Assembly: GCA_031377945.1 (NCBI GenBank)
Contig: JANMFL010000194.1
Location: 1-41,697 of the forward strand
Length of the DNA stretch: 41,697 nt
Source: Acidimicrobiaceae bacterium
GTDB lineage: Bacteria; Actinomycetota; Acidimicrobiia; Acidimicrobiales; Ilumatobacteraceae
Reading direction: 5' to 3'
Below are positions 7,909 to 16,374 of this stretch, piece by piece. Under the pieces are notes generated by a model. That model was not told the DNA's origin. It worked only from the letters and a program-made list of their open reading frames with translations, and did no database searches. The translations under genes were made by a program, and so were the position numbers. Position 1 is the stretch's first letter; the number at the start of each line of letters is the position of its first letter.

Positions 7909-8673
7909 TCAGACGGTCCAGGCGATGGTCATGCGGCGCTGCAGCAGCTCGCCCGGTTCGAGCCGAACGGCGCCGCCGATCGTGAACGCATCGGGTGGGC
8001 CGCTCTGCGGTTCGACGGCGGTGGAATCGTCGAGCACGTCGAACACCACCCAGTGGTCGCAGTCGCTGTCGATGGTGACAGCCACGCCGGGGAACCACAT
8101 CCGCAGCGGTCCGGTGGGACGCACGAAGCAGTCGTCCCACGGATGGTCACGCGGCTCGACCAGTTCGTCGACGGCGATGAACTCGTGGTCGCGCACGTAC
8201 ATGCGCTCGAACTCGAGCTCTGTGCGCAGCGGCTTGACGAAGGTCGGGTGCCAGCCGACGACGGCCGGCATCGCCTGCTGCTGGGCGTAGACGCTGAGCA
8301 TGCAGGTGAGACCGCGCTCGCCGAGCGCGATGTGCTGATGGGCGGTGCCGCCGAACGACCACGTGAGTGGGCAGCGCAACTCGCAGTAGTCGCTGCCGGC
8401 GTCGACGACCTCCCACGGCATGGTGAAGGTGGTGCCGTGGATGGCGTGGGGGAGCAGGTTGATGGGCAGTTGGTGCTCCACGCCGTCGAACACGAACCGG
8501 CCGTGTCGCACCCGGCCCGCCCACGGCGCCATCGGGTAGCTGCCCCACGTGAGGTCGCCGCCGCTGCGATCGCCCTTCAACAGCTTGGTCCCGGCCACCT
8601 CGAGCTGCGCCAGGCGACCGCCCGCGTCGTCGTCGATGGTCAAGAACGCGGCGCCAGCCTCCAGCTCGATCAT
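7909..8673 (-). CDS. Aldose 1-epimerase (galactose mutarotase-like) family protein
   Basis: ATG 8673 gives [32 protein letters not shown]. The sequence contains [25 protein letters not shown] and GWHPTF. The family call is by motif only. Confidence 0.75.
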   Translation of the reverse strand: MIELEAGAAFLTIDDDAGGRLAQLEVAGTKLLKGDRSGGDLTWGSYPMAPWAGRVRHGRFVFDGVEHQLPINLLPHAIHGTTFTMPWEVVDAGSDYCELRCPLTWSFGGTAHQHIALGERGLTCMLSVYAQQQAMPAVVGWHPTFVKPLRTELEFERMYVRDHEFIAVDELVEPRDHPWDDCFVRPTGPLRMWFPGVAVTIDSDCDHWVVFDVLDDSTAVEPQSGPPDAFTIGGAVRLEPGELLQRRMTIAWTV

Positions 8674-8698
8674 CCGCCACTCTCTAGCATGCGGTGGT

Positions 8699-9136
8699 AT
8701 GCGAGGTCTGGTGCAGCGGGTGAAGTCGGCGAGCGTCACGGTCGCGGGAGAGGTGACCGGCGAGATCGGGCAGGGGTTGTGCGTGCTCGTCGGCGTCACG
8801 CACACGGACACGCCGGAGATGGCCAAGAAGCTGGCGGAGAAGATCTGGCACCTGCGGGTGATGGACGACGACGCGGGTGTGATGAACCGCAGCGTCGCCG
8901 ACACCACGCGGCAGGTGTTGATCGTCAGCCAGTTCACGCTCTACGGCGACACGAACGCCGGCCGCCGACCGAGTTGGATCGCCGCCGCCCGCCCCGAACA
9001 GGCCGAGCCCCTGGTGCAGGCCGTGGTCGACCATCTTCGGGCGCTCGGCGCGACGGTCGCCACCGGCCGGTTCCGCACCGAGATGCTGGTCGACATCCAG
9101 AACGACGGCCCCGTCACCGTCCTGCTCGAGCTCTGA
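8699..9136 (+). CDS. dtd: D-aminoacyl-tRNA deacylase
   Basis: ATG 8699 gives [15 protein letters not shown]...[12 protein letters not shown]...SQFTLYGD...[23 protein letters not shown]. The 145-aa length and the SQFTL and NDGPVT motifs are canonical for Dtd. Confidence 0.95.
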   Translation: MRGLVQRVKSASVTVAGEVTGEIGQGLCVLVGVTHTDTPEMAKKLAEKIWHLRVMDDDAGVMNRSVADTTRQVLIVSQFTLYGDTNAGRRPSWIAAARPEQAEPLVQAVVDHLRALGATVATGRFRTEMLVDIQNDGPVTVLLEL

Positions 9137-9189
9137 GCCGGCCGCCGGTTCGGGCGCGTTCGGCGACACACGGGGTCGGGCGCGATTCG

Positions 9190-9273
9190 TCCCAGTATTG
9201 GGACATTTCGCACCCACGGGCGCGGAGTGACCCAGATTTGGGACGTTTCGCGCCCAATGGACCGATCGTCAGG
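9190..9273 (+). repeat. Copy A of an ~85-bp dispersed two-hairpin intergenic element
   Basis: Two 25-nt sub-repeats lie exactly 40 bp apart: gTCCCAGTATTGGGACATTTCGCAC at 9189-9213 and gACCCAGATTTGGGACGTTTCGCGC at 9229-9253. Each contains a TCCC-N6-GGGA inverted repeat. My hand alignment to the reverse complement of 26301..26385 gives 67 matches in 82 aligned positions. Confidence 0.85.
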
Positions 9274-9310
9274 CGGCGACCAGTTGTCCACGATGCGGAA
9301 CGGTTCCGGC

Positions 9311-10576
9311 ATGCGGGACAGGATTGCTAGCATCGCCGTGAACTTTTCGTACCACCTCGCGTTGGGGAAGGCAGGGGCCGTGGCGCTCGCAACACGTTTG
9401 GCCAACTTGGGGACCGAGACCGCGTTCGCCGTGTCGCTCGCGGCCGCAGAGTGGGCCTCGCGAGGAAACCGGGTGTACCCGTTCCACCTCGGCGACATCA
9501 ACCTGCCCACGCCCGGCAACATGGTCGAGGCCATGAACCGCGCGATCGCCGACGGCAAGACCGGGTATTGCCCGGCCGCTGGGATCATGCCGCTGCGCGA
9601 GGCCCTCGCCGCCGACACCGCTGCACGGCGCGGGCTGGACTACTCGGCCGCGAACGTGGTGGTGCAGCCCGGCGGCAAGCCGGTCATCGGCAAGTTCATC
9701 CAGACCGTGATGAACCCGGGGGACGGCGTCCTGTACCCCAACCCCGGCTATCCGATCTACGAGAGCATGATCGAGTACTACGGCGGCCAGAGCCTCCCGT
9801 ACCGGTACGTGCAGACCGATTGCGGCTTCGCGATCGACATGGAGCACCTGCGTTCGATGATCACGCCTTCCACGAAGGCCATCATCTACAACAACCTGCA
9901 GAACCCGCTCGGCTGCGAGAGCACGCCGGAAGAGTTGCAGGCCATCGCCGACCTGGCGATCGAGCACGACCTGACCGTGCTGGCCGACGAGGCGTACTTC
10001 GAGATGCGGTACGCCGGCGCCAGCACGTCGATCGCCTCGTTGCCCGGCATGGCCGAACGCACGGTCATCCTCTACACCTTCTCGAAGAAGTTCGCGATGA
10101 CCGGCTGGCGACTCGGCGCGGCGATCGCCCCACTCCCCATCGCCGAGAGCATCGCCAAGCTGAACACGAACGACGAGAGCTGCACCACCCACTTCGTGCA
10201 GGCGGCCGGCGTCGAAGGCATCGTCGGTTCGCAGGAAGGGCCTCTGGCCATCCTGGCCGAGTTGCAGCGACGGCGCGATGCCGCGTGGGGTGAACTCACC
10301 CAGATCGACGGACTCGTGTGCCCCAAGCCCGACGCCACGTTCTACCTCTTCCCGAGGGTCACCGATCTCATGGAGCGCACCGGTTTCGCGGACGTCAGCG
10401 AGTTCGCCACCGCGGCCCTGCACGAGACAGGGGTGTCGTTCTGCACGCGCCGACACTTCGGTCGCCCACAGCCGGGCGAAACCGACCACTACGTGCGGTT
10501 CGCGTACTCGGGCCTGTCGGTCGACGACATCGGCGAAGGCCTGTCGTGCCTGCGCCAGTGGATCGAGAGCATCTGA
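9311..10576 (+). CDS. Class I/II PLP-dependent aminotransferase
   Basis: Motifs are YPNPGYPIYE, LYTFSKKFAMTGWRLG (the PLP-lysine motif) and NLQNPLG. I chose ATG 9311 because the first 28 codons of the track ORF (GTG 9227) lie inside repeat copy A. GTG 9338, preceded by TAGCAT, is another option. Confidence 0.88.
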   Translation: MRDRIASIAVNFSYHLALGKAGAVALATRLANLGTETAFAVSLAAAEWASRGNRVYPFHLGDINLPTPGNMVEAMNRAIADGKTGYCPAAGIMPLREALAADTAARRGLDYSAANVVVQPGGKPVIGKFIQTVMNPGDGVLYPNPGYPIYESMIEYYGGQSLPYRYVQTDCGFAIDMEHLRSMITPSTKAIIYNNLQNPLGCESTPEELQAIADLAIEHDLTVLADEAYFEMRYAGASTSIASLPGMAERTVILYTFSKKFAMTGWRLGAAIAPLPIAESIAKLNTNDESCTTHFVQAAGVEGIVGSQEGPLAILAELQRRRDAAWGELTQIDGLVCPKPDATFYLFPRVTDLMERTGFADVSEFATAALHETGVSFCTRRHFGRPQPGETDHYVRFAYSGLSVDDIGEGLSCLRQWIESI

Positions 10577-11553
10577 TGCCGCGCATCGCCGTCACCGGCC
10601 GTATCCCCGACGCCGGGTTCGAACTGTTGCACGAAGCCGGCGACGTGGTCGCTTGGGACTCGCTCGAGGTGCCCAGCGTGCGAGAGGTGCACGAGATGGT
10701 CGCCGGCGCCGATGCGGTACTGACACTGCTCACCACCAAGGTCGACGCCGCCTTCCTCGACGCGGCCGGGCCGCAGTTAAAGGTCGTCGCCAACGTGGCC
10801 GTCGGGTACAACAACATCGACGTGCCGGCATGCGCGGAGCGGGGCGTGATCTGCACCAACACCCCGGGCGTGCTCACCGAGGCCACCGCCGACATCGCCA
10901 TGGCGCTGGTGCTGATGGCCACCCGTCGGCTGGGTGAAGGTGAACGAGTCATCCGCGGCGGTACACCGTGGCAGTGGGGCATGTTCTACATGCTCGGTTC
11001 CGGCATCCAGGGCCGCCGCCTGGGCATCGTCGGCATGGGCGACATCGGCCAGGCGCTGGCTCGCCGCGCCCGTGCGTTCGGCATGACCATCGCCTACTCG
11101 AACCGCAAGCCCGTCGCGCCCGCCGTCGAGGCCGAGTTGAGTGCCGAGTTCATGAGCATGGACGAATTGCTCGCCACCAGCGATGTGCTCAGCATCAACT
11201 GCCCGTACTCGCCGGCGACGCACCATCTCATCGGCGCCGAACAGTTCGCGGCGATGAAGCCCTCGGCGTTCCTGGTGAACACCGCACGCGGGCCCATCGT
11301 CGACGAAGCGGCGCTCGTGGCCGCGCTGCAGGTCGGCTCGATCGCCGGCGCGGGACTCGACGTGTTCGAGGACGAACCCGCCGTGCACCCCGGACTGCTG
11401 GAGTGCGAGCAGGCAGTGCTCGTGCCGCACCTCGGTTCGGCCACGGTCGAGACCCGCTCGGCCATGGCTCGCCTCGCCGCGCACAACGCGGTGAACGTGC
11501 TGAACGGCGTCGAGCCTCCTACGCCGATTCCGGGTCTGATTCCGGGCCGCTGA
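10576..11553 (+). CDS. D-isomer-specific 2-hydroxyacid dehydrogenase (glyoxylate/hydroxypyruvate reductase-like)
   Basis: ATG 10576 shares one nucleotide with the upstream TGA (TGATG). Motifs are RLGIVGMGDIGQALARRA (NAD-binding GxGxxG), LVNTARG and PHLGSAT. Confidence 0.9.
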   Translation: MPRIAVTGRIPDAGFELLHEAGDVVAWDSLEVPSVREVHEMVAGADAVLTLLTTKVDAAFLDAAGPQLKVVANVAVGYNNIDVPACAERGVICTNTPGVLTEATADIAMALVLMATRRLGEGERVIRGGTPWQWGMFYMLGSGIQGRRLGIVGMGDIGQALARRARAFGMTIAYSNRKPVAPAVEAELSAEFMSMDELLATSDVLSINCPYSPATHHLIGAEQFAAMKPSAFLVNTARGPIVDEAALVAALQVGSIAGAGLDVFEDEPAVHPGLLECEQAVLVPHLGSATVETRSAMARLAAHNAVNVLNGVEPPTPIPGLIPGR

Positions 11554-13051
11554 CCCGCAGCTGCCGCGTCCGCCACAGCGAACCGGCCAGCAGTACCACC
11601 ATCAGGCCCGCCCACGGCAGGTCGCCGAGGTACGAGTACCAGGTTCGCCCGACTCGACGCTCGATCTCGTGGACGATGACCTCCTGCTCGCTCACCGAGG
11701 TGCGCTGCAGAACGTCGGCGTCAGGAGTGATGAACGCACTGAATCCCGTGGGTGCGGCCTGCGCCACCCAACGACCCTGCTCGACGGCGCGGAGCTTCGA
11801 CGAGGCGATCTGCTGGCTCTGCAGCACGGTCCACGTGTAGCTGCTGCCGTTGGTGGGGTTGATGATGAACTCGCCGCCGTGCTCGGTGCCTTCGTTGGCC
11901 CGGCCACCGAAGAACACCTCCCACGAGATGACCACGCCCATTCGGGCGCCGCCGGGCAACGAGAGCACCGCCGGCCCGGTGCCGGCCACGGCGTCGCGTG
12001 GCACCAGATCGGTGGGCGCGCCGAGCGCGTCGAGCAGCCCGCGCATGGGCATGTACTCGCCGAACGGAACTCGCCGCACCTTCTCGTACCGGTCGTACAC
12101 GTCGCCCTCCGGGGTGACGACGACCTGTGCGTTCAGGAAGTGCTCGCCGTCGGGCGTGTCCTCGGTGATGCCGACGGCGAACGGCGCGCCGATGCGGGCG
12201 GCCTCCTCGGCGACGCTGGCGAGCTCGTCGCTGCCCTCGAACTGGTCGACGTCGATGACGTTCTCGGGCCACAGCACGAAGTCGACGGAACCGGCTGCGA
12301 TGGTGGCGGTTGCCGCGAGATGGCGAACGAACACTTCGCCCGAAGGGGTGTCCTTGGCGTGCGTTCCCTGCGGCCCGCCACCTTGCACGATCGCGACCCG
12401 CAGGAGGGGTTCGTTCGCCGCGCTCGTGCCGTCGGCGAGAGGGCTCGCGAGCCATGCGACGAGTGCGACGAGGAAGACGGTCACCCCATGCCACTCGCCC
12501 TTGGCCGTGACGCCGCGCTTGCGTGCCATCGCCGGCACGAAGGGCGACGGGCCCGCCAGCGCGAAGCCGATGGCGAACGTGAACCACGTCAGCAGCAGCA
12601 CCCCGCCGATCCGCACGACACCGATGAACGGTCCGCCGGCCTGTCCGATGGCGAGGGTGGCCAGCGGAACGCCACCGAACGGGAAACACATCCTCAAGGC
12701 TTCGGCAAGCGTGTGCGCAGCGGGGCGGCCGACGACTCGCCACGGTCCCCGCGGTGCGACGGCTGCGGCCACACCATGGAAACCGGCGAACATCAGGGTT
12801 GCGAGCAGATAGCCGGGGGCCGTCAGGAACCACATCCACACCATGCCCGGTCCGAGCCAACCGATCCCGAAGAGCACGCCTCGGGCCGCGCGCTGCCGTC
12901 CGCGCTCGGCGCCCTGCAGGCCGGTCTCGAACACGGCGATGCCCAGGAACGCAAGGGGCCAGATGCCCCACGGGGGCAGCGCGGCGGCCACCAGCAGACC
13001 GCCGAGCAGGCAGTACAGGACGTGACGGGAAGGGATCATGCGGCGGAACAC
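11519..13051 (-). CDS. lnt: Apolipoprotein N-acyltransferase-like protein (Lnt family), Cys-less CN-hydrolase domain
   Basis: The 510-aa ORF has an N-terminal polytopic membrane domain and a C-terminal CN-hydrolase domain with LWPENV (Glu) and YEKVRRVPFGEYMP (Lys). The expected ICYE nucleophile motif reads VISWEV instead. Start options are GTG 13051 and ATG 13039. The 3' end overlaps the convergent dehydrogenase by 35 nt. Confidence 0.85.
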   Translation of the reverse strand: MFRRMIPSRHVLYCLLGGLLVAAALPPWGIWPLAFLGIAVFETGLQGAERGRQRAARGVLFGIGWLGPGMVWMWFLTAPGYLLATLMFAGFHGVAAAVAPRGPWRVVGRPAAHTLAEALRMCFPFGGVPLATLAIGQAGGPFIGVVRIGGVLLLTWFTFAIGFALAGPSPFVPAMARKRGVTAKGEWHGVTVFLVALVAWLASPLADGTSAANEPLLRVAIVQGGGPQGTHAKDTPSGEVFVRHLAATATIAAGSVDFVLWPENVIDVDQFEGSDELASVAEEAARIGAPFAVGITEDTPDGEHFLNAQVVVTPEGDVYDRYEKVRRVPFGEYMPMRGLLDALGAPTDLVPRDAVAGTGPAVLSLPGGARMGVVISWEVFFGGRANEGTEHGGEFIINPTNGSSYTWTVLQSQQIASSKLRAVEQGRWVAQAAPTGFSAFITPDADVLQRTSVSEQEVIVHEIERRVGRTWYSYLGDLPWAGLMVVLLAGSLWRTRQLRVSGPESDPESA

Positions 13052-13322
13052 TGAGGGGCGACGCTAGCCGCACCGCCCGTCGTCGCTGCGGGCGCGTCGC
13101 CCATTCCGCGCGGTGCGTGGGTGGTCTTGCCGACTTCTTGAAAGATGACACCTTGCCCGTTGAGGAAATGTCACCTACCGTCACTTCGGCGCCTTCGGGC
13201 GCAACGGGATGTGACGATCCGCTGGCTGCAATTGGTCGCTTCGCCAGCGGGGAGCGAGAGCGAAACCGCCCCTATTTCTGATGCCGGGAACACCGCCGCC
13301 CGGCTTGACGTGGAGGTTGGGA

Positions 13323-16300
13323 ATGTCACAGGTGCGCACAGCGCTCCGTTCGACGACCGTGCGCGTGATCGCTGCAGTGATGATGCTGCTCGGTCTCGTC
13401 ACCGTCACTCCGATGCTGTCCGGGGCCGCGAGCGCACACCGCGCCCACCTCGAGGCGTCGGTGTCGTGCGACGGTTCGGTCGAGTGGACGGCCACGTCAT
13501 GGTCGAAGGACGACGACGGATCGAACGACGACGTCCGCATCCATCGCAGCAGCGATGGTGGTGACGCACAGGAGGTCGGTCACGGCTCGTTCTCCGGCGA
13601 CAACGAGTACTCCTTCTCCGGTCACTTCTCGTGGCCTGAGGGTGTCGATCACCTCACGGTCTCCTCCGAGCCGAAGAGCTCGTGGGGCAACGGTGAGGAC
13701 CCCGCCGACGAGGGACACGACGAGGTCGAACTCGACAAGCCCGATTGCGACGGTGACGCGCACGTCGAACACGAACTGCAGTGCGAGGACAGTGCGCCCG
13801 GCTACGGCGACGGTGCGGTCACCCTCACCCTCACCAACCCTGCGGGCCCGTTCGCCCACGACGCCGAGTTCCAGGTCTACGCCCCCGACCAGGACGACGA
13901 GTACGAGACGTACGCCGTTCCCGCCGGTGGCGAGCAGCAGGTGACCTACCACGACCTCGACGAAGGCCGTCACCACATCAAGGTCACCAAGGACGACGAG
14001 GACCACTCCCGCGACCTCGAGGTCGACTGCGATCAGGAAGTCCCCTCGGTCACCGCGTCGCAGGCCTGCGTGGCCGGCGACGGCGCGATCACGGTGAACC
14101 TGTTCAACACCGGCGGCGAGACGGTCACGTTCACCGTCGAACACCCGGTCACCCACGCCGTCGAAAGCGTGGTGGTTGCGGCGAATGCTTCGGCGAGCCG
14201 CACCTACTCGGGTCTCGCCGACGGTGAGTACGTCGTGAAGGTCACCTCGGGTGAGGCGGACCTGTCGCAGCACTTCACGGTCGATTGTGACCGCGAGGTC
14301 GAGCCTCCGAAGGGCGACGAGTGCGAGGCCCCGGGCAGCACCACCAGTACGAGCGTCGACGAGCACGAATCGTCCACCTCGACCGAAGAAGAGGGACCGA
14401 GCACTTCCGAGCGCGACGACGACCACGAGGCGTCGTCGACCAGTAGCTCGGTGGATGCCAACCCCTACTCGCGCTCCTACGCCACCACCACCACGTCCGC
14501 CACCACCACCACGGCCGACGACGACACCCCGTCGACGAGTTCGTCGGTGAAGGGCCACGAGTCGTCGAGCACCACCGATGACGCGTCGAGCACGTCCGAG
14601 AAGGACGACGAGTCCTCCAGTACGACCGACGAATCGACGAGCACGTCCGACGAGCACGAATCGACGAGTACGACGGTCGACGGACCCGACGACGAGCACT
14701 GCCAGCCGCCTGAAGGCGAAGGCACCATTCAGGTGGCCAAGGCGTGTGTGGCCAACGACGGCCAGGTGACGATCACCCTCACGGCGGTCGACGGCGAGGT
14801 CACGTTCGTGGTCGAGGGCACCGAGTACGAGGTGCAGCCGGGCAACCCGCAGCAGGTCGTCATCGGTGGCTTCACCGACGGGACGCACACCATTCACGTG
14901 ATGGCCGGTCACCAGGACCTGTCCTTCGACATCCTCATCGCGTGCGACTTGTCGCCGAAGGTCACGGTGTCGCAGGCGTGCAGCGGCTTCGACGGGGAGG
15001 CCACCTTCGTGCTCGAGAACCTCGGCGACGACCTCGACGCGACGTTCACGATCGACAGTGTGGACCACGTCCTGGCGCCCGGTGCGTCGACGACCGTCGT
15101 CATCGGCGGCCTCGCCGACGGCCCGAACACGTTCACGGTGTCGATCAACGGCGTGGCCATGCCCGACGTCACCCTGACGGTGGACTGCAACCCCTCGTTC
15201 GACATCGTGGCCCAGTGCAACGCCGTCGATCAGACCGGTGCGGTCACCGTGTACTGGTTCACCGTCACCAACACCCAGGACACCGAGATCACCGTCAGCT
15301 GGGACGGCGGCAGCACCGCCATCGCCGCAAGTGCGTCGGTCACCATCGGTTCGACCACTGCGCCACTGATGCTCAGTGTGGGCGGCGAGGTCGTCACCAC
15401 GGCCGCAGCCACCGACGTGGTCTGCAGCCGGTCGGTCACCGTCGACAAGCAACTCATCGGTGCGCCGAGCACTCCCGAGACCTACACCGTCACCATCTCG
15501 CGGCTCGTGGGCGACGCCTACGTTCCCGAATTGACGTTCCCCTTGGTCGCGGGTGAGCCCACCACCATCACCCTGCCGTCCACGCTGGACCCGGCGGGCG
15601 TGCAGTACCTGGTGGAGGAGACCGACAACGGCAGTGCCAACACCAGCGTCGTGTCACCCTCGCAGTTGACGCTGGCCGGCCACCTCGGCGAGACGGTCAG
15701 CGTGGTCGTCACCAACGGGTACGCGTCGGTGCTCATCGACAAGACGGTGTCCAGCCCCCAGATCGGTCTGGGTGGGCAGCTCACGTACACGTTGCAGGGT
15801 CGGAACACTGGCGGACTGACACTCGACCGGGTGGTCGTCAGTGACCGTCTGCCGGCCGGCGTGTCGTTCGTGGCCGCGGCAGTCGCCGACGGCGGTGGGA
15901 CCTGCGCCCTCGACGAGAGCACGCGACCGCAGTTGTTCCACTGCGATCTCGACGGCTCGCTCGCCGCTGGCGAGGGCACTCCGGCGATCACCGTCGTGGT
16001 GAACGTCGATGACGACACCACACTCGTGGGAGCGACGTTGACCAACCAGGCCAAGATCGTCGGCGACTATGCGTCGCCGACGTCATCGGCGGGGGTCGGC
16101 GCGGGCTCGGCGCTGTCGTGCGAGCCGGTGGTGGACGGTCAGGTGTGCGACCTGTCGGCGGCTGTGAACACCGTCATCGTCGGTTCTGACCCGCCGCCGC
16201 CGACCGTGCCTTCGACCACGGTGCCCGTGACCACCACGACCGTCCCCAAGGGTCCGCTCCCGCGGTCCGGCGGGACACCACTGCCACTGCTGTTGCTCGC

Positions 16301-16355
16301 GCTCGGCGCCACCTGCGTGGGTGGCTCACTGCTGCTCGCCCGCCGACGGATCTAG
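13323..16355 (+). CDS. Large secreted, sortase-anchored surface protein with Cys-bracketed repeat modules, an acidic Ser/Thr-rich linker and a DUF11-like C-terminal region
   Basis: ATG 13323 is preceded by GGAGG. The signal peptide is MSQVRTALRSTTVRVIAAVMMLLGLVTVTPMLSGAASA. Five or more modules of ~85-95 aa follow the pattern C-x-GDG-x-VT...F-V...GL-DG-H...VDCD. A low-complexity D/E/S/T tract spans about 14338-14700. KTVSSPQIGLGGQLTYTLQGRNTGGLTLDRVVVSDRLPAGVSFV resembles the DUF11 'conserved repeat domain'. The C-terminus is LPRSG (16257-16271), then a hydrophobic stretch, then RRRI. Confidence 0.85.
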   Translation: MSQVRTALRSTTVRVIAAVMMLLGLVTVTPMLSGAASAHRAHLEASVSCDGSVEWTATSWSKDDDGSNDDVRIHRSSDGGDAQEVGHGSFSGDNEYSFSGHFSWPEGVDHLTVSSEPKSSWGNGEDPADEGHDEVELDKPDCDGDAHVEHELQCEDSAPGYGDGAVTLTLTNPAGPFAHDAEFQVYAPDQDDEYETYAVPAGGEQQVTYHDLDEGRHHIKVTKDDEDHSRDLEVDCDQEVPSVTASQACVAGDGAITVNLFNTGGETVTFTVEHPVTHAVESVVVAANASASRTYSGLADGEYVVKVTSGEADLSQHFTVDCDREVEPPKGDECEAPGSTTSTSVDEHESSTSTEEEGPSTSERDDDHEASSTSSSVDANPYSRSYATTTTSATTTTADDDTPSTSSSVKGHESSSTTDDASSTSEKDDESSSTTDESTSTSDEHESTSTTVDGPDDEHCQPPEGEGTIQVAKACVANDGQVTITLTAVDGEVTFVVEGTEYEVQPGNPQQVVIGGFTDGTHTIHVMAGHQDLSFDILIACDLSPKVTVSQACSGFDGEATFVLENLGDDLDATFTIDSVDHVLAPGASTTVVIGGLADGPNTFTVSINGVAMPDVTLTVDCNPSFDIVAQCNAVDQTGAVTVYWFTVTNTQDTEITVSWDGGSTAIAASASVTIGSTTAPLMLSVGGEVVTTAAATDVVCSRSVTVDKQLIGAPSTPETYTVTISRLVGDAYVPELTFPLVAGEPTTITLPSTLDPAGVQYLVEETDNGSANTSVVSPSQLTLAGHLGETVSVVVTNGYASVLIDKTVSSPQIGLGGQLTYTLQGRNTGGLTLDRVVVSDRLPAGVSFVAAAVADGGGTCALDESTRPQLFHCDLDGSLAAGEGTPAITVVVNVDDDTTLVGATLTNQAKIVGDYASPTSSAGVGAGSALSCEPVVDGQVCDLSAAVNTVIVGSDPPPPTVPSTTVPVTTTTVPKGPLPRSGGTPLPLLLLALGATCVGGSLLLARRRI

Positions 16356-16374
16356 CGGTGCTCGGCCAGCGGAT

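Noticed and set aside
9227-9310. A conserved upstream peptide, M-[TS]-Q-I-[WR]-D-V-S-R-P, is encoded in both copies of the 85-bp element (9227 plus strand; about 26340 minus strand).
   Set aside because: The similarity follows from nucleotide identity. The two internal boxes are 40 bp apart, which is not a multiple of 3, so they fall in different frames. In copy A the frame runs into the aminotransferase, whereas in copy B it ends at a TAG 12 nt before the regulator's ATG. A peptide is not excluded, but nothing specifically supports one.
13287-13316. An ECF-type promoter, GGAAC-N17-CGTG, lies upstream of the surface-protein gene.
   Set aside because: The spacing would put the transcription start inside or after the GGAGG ribosome-binding site, only a few nt from ATG 13323. 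It is a single weak match without support.
13497-15452. A 651-aa minus-strand ORF lies opposite the surface-protein gene, along with other long antisense ORFs (3380..4648, 6345..7619, 16725..18152, 21756..24548, 36506..38626, 39379..41295).
   Set aside because: All are Arg/Gly/Asp/His-rich low-complexity translations without recognisable motifs. All overlap well-supported genes on the other strand, and the codon third-position GC bias favours the annotated strand.
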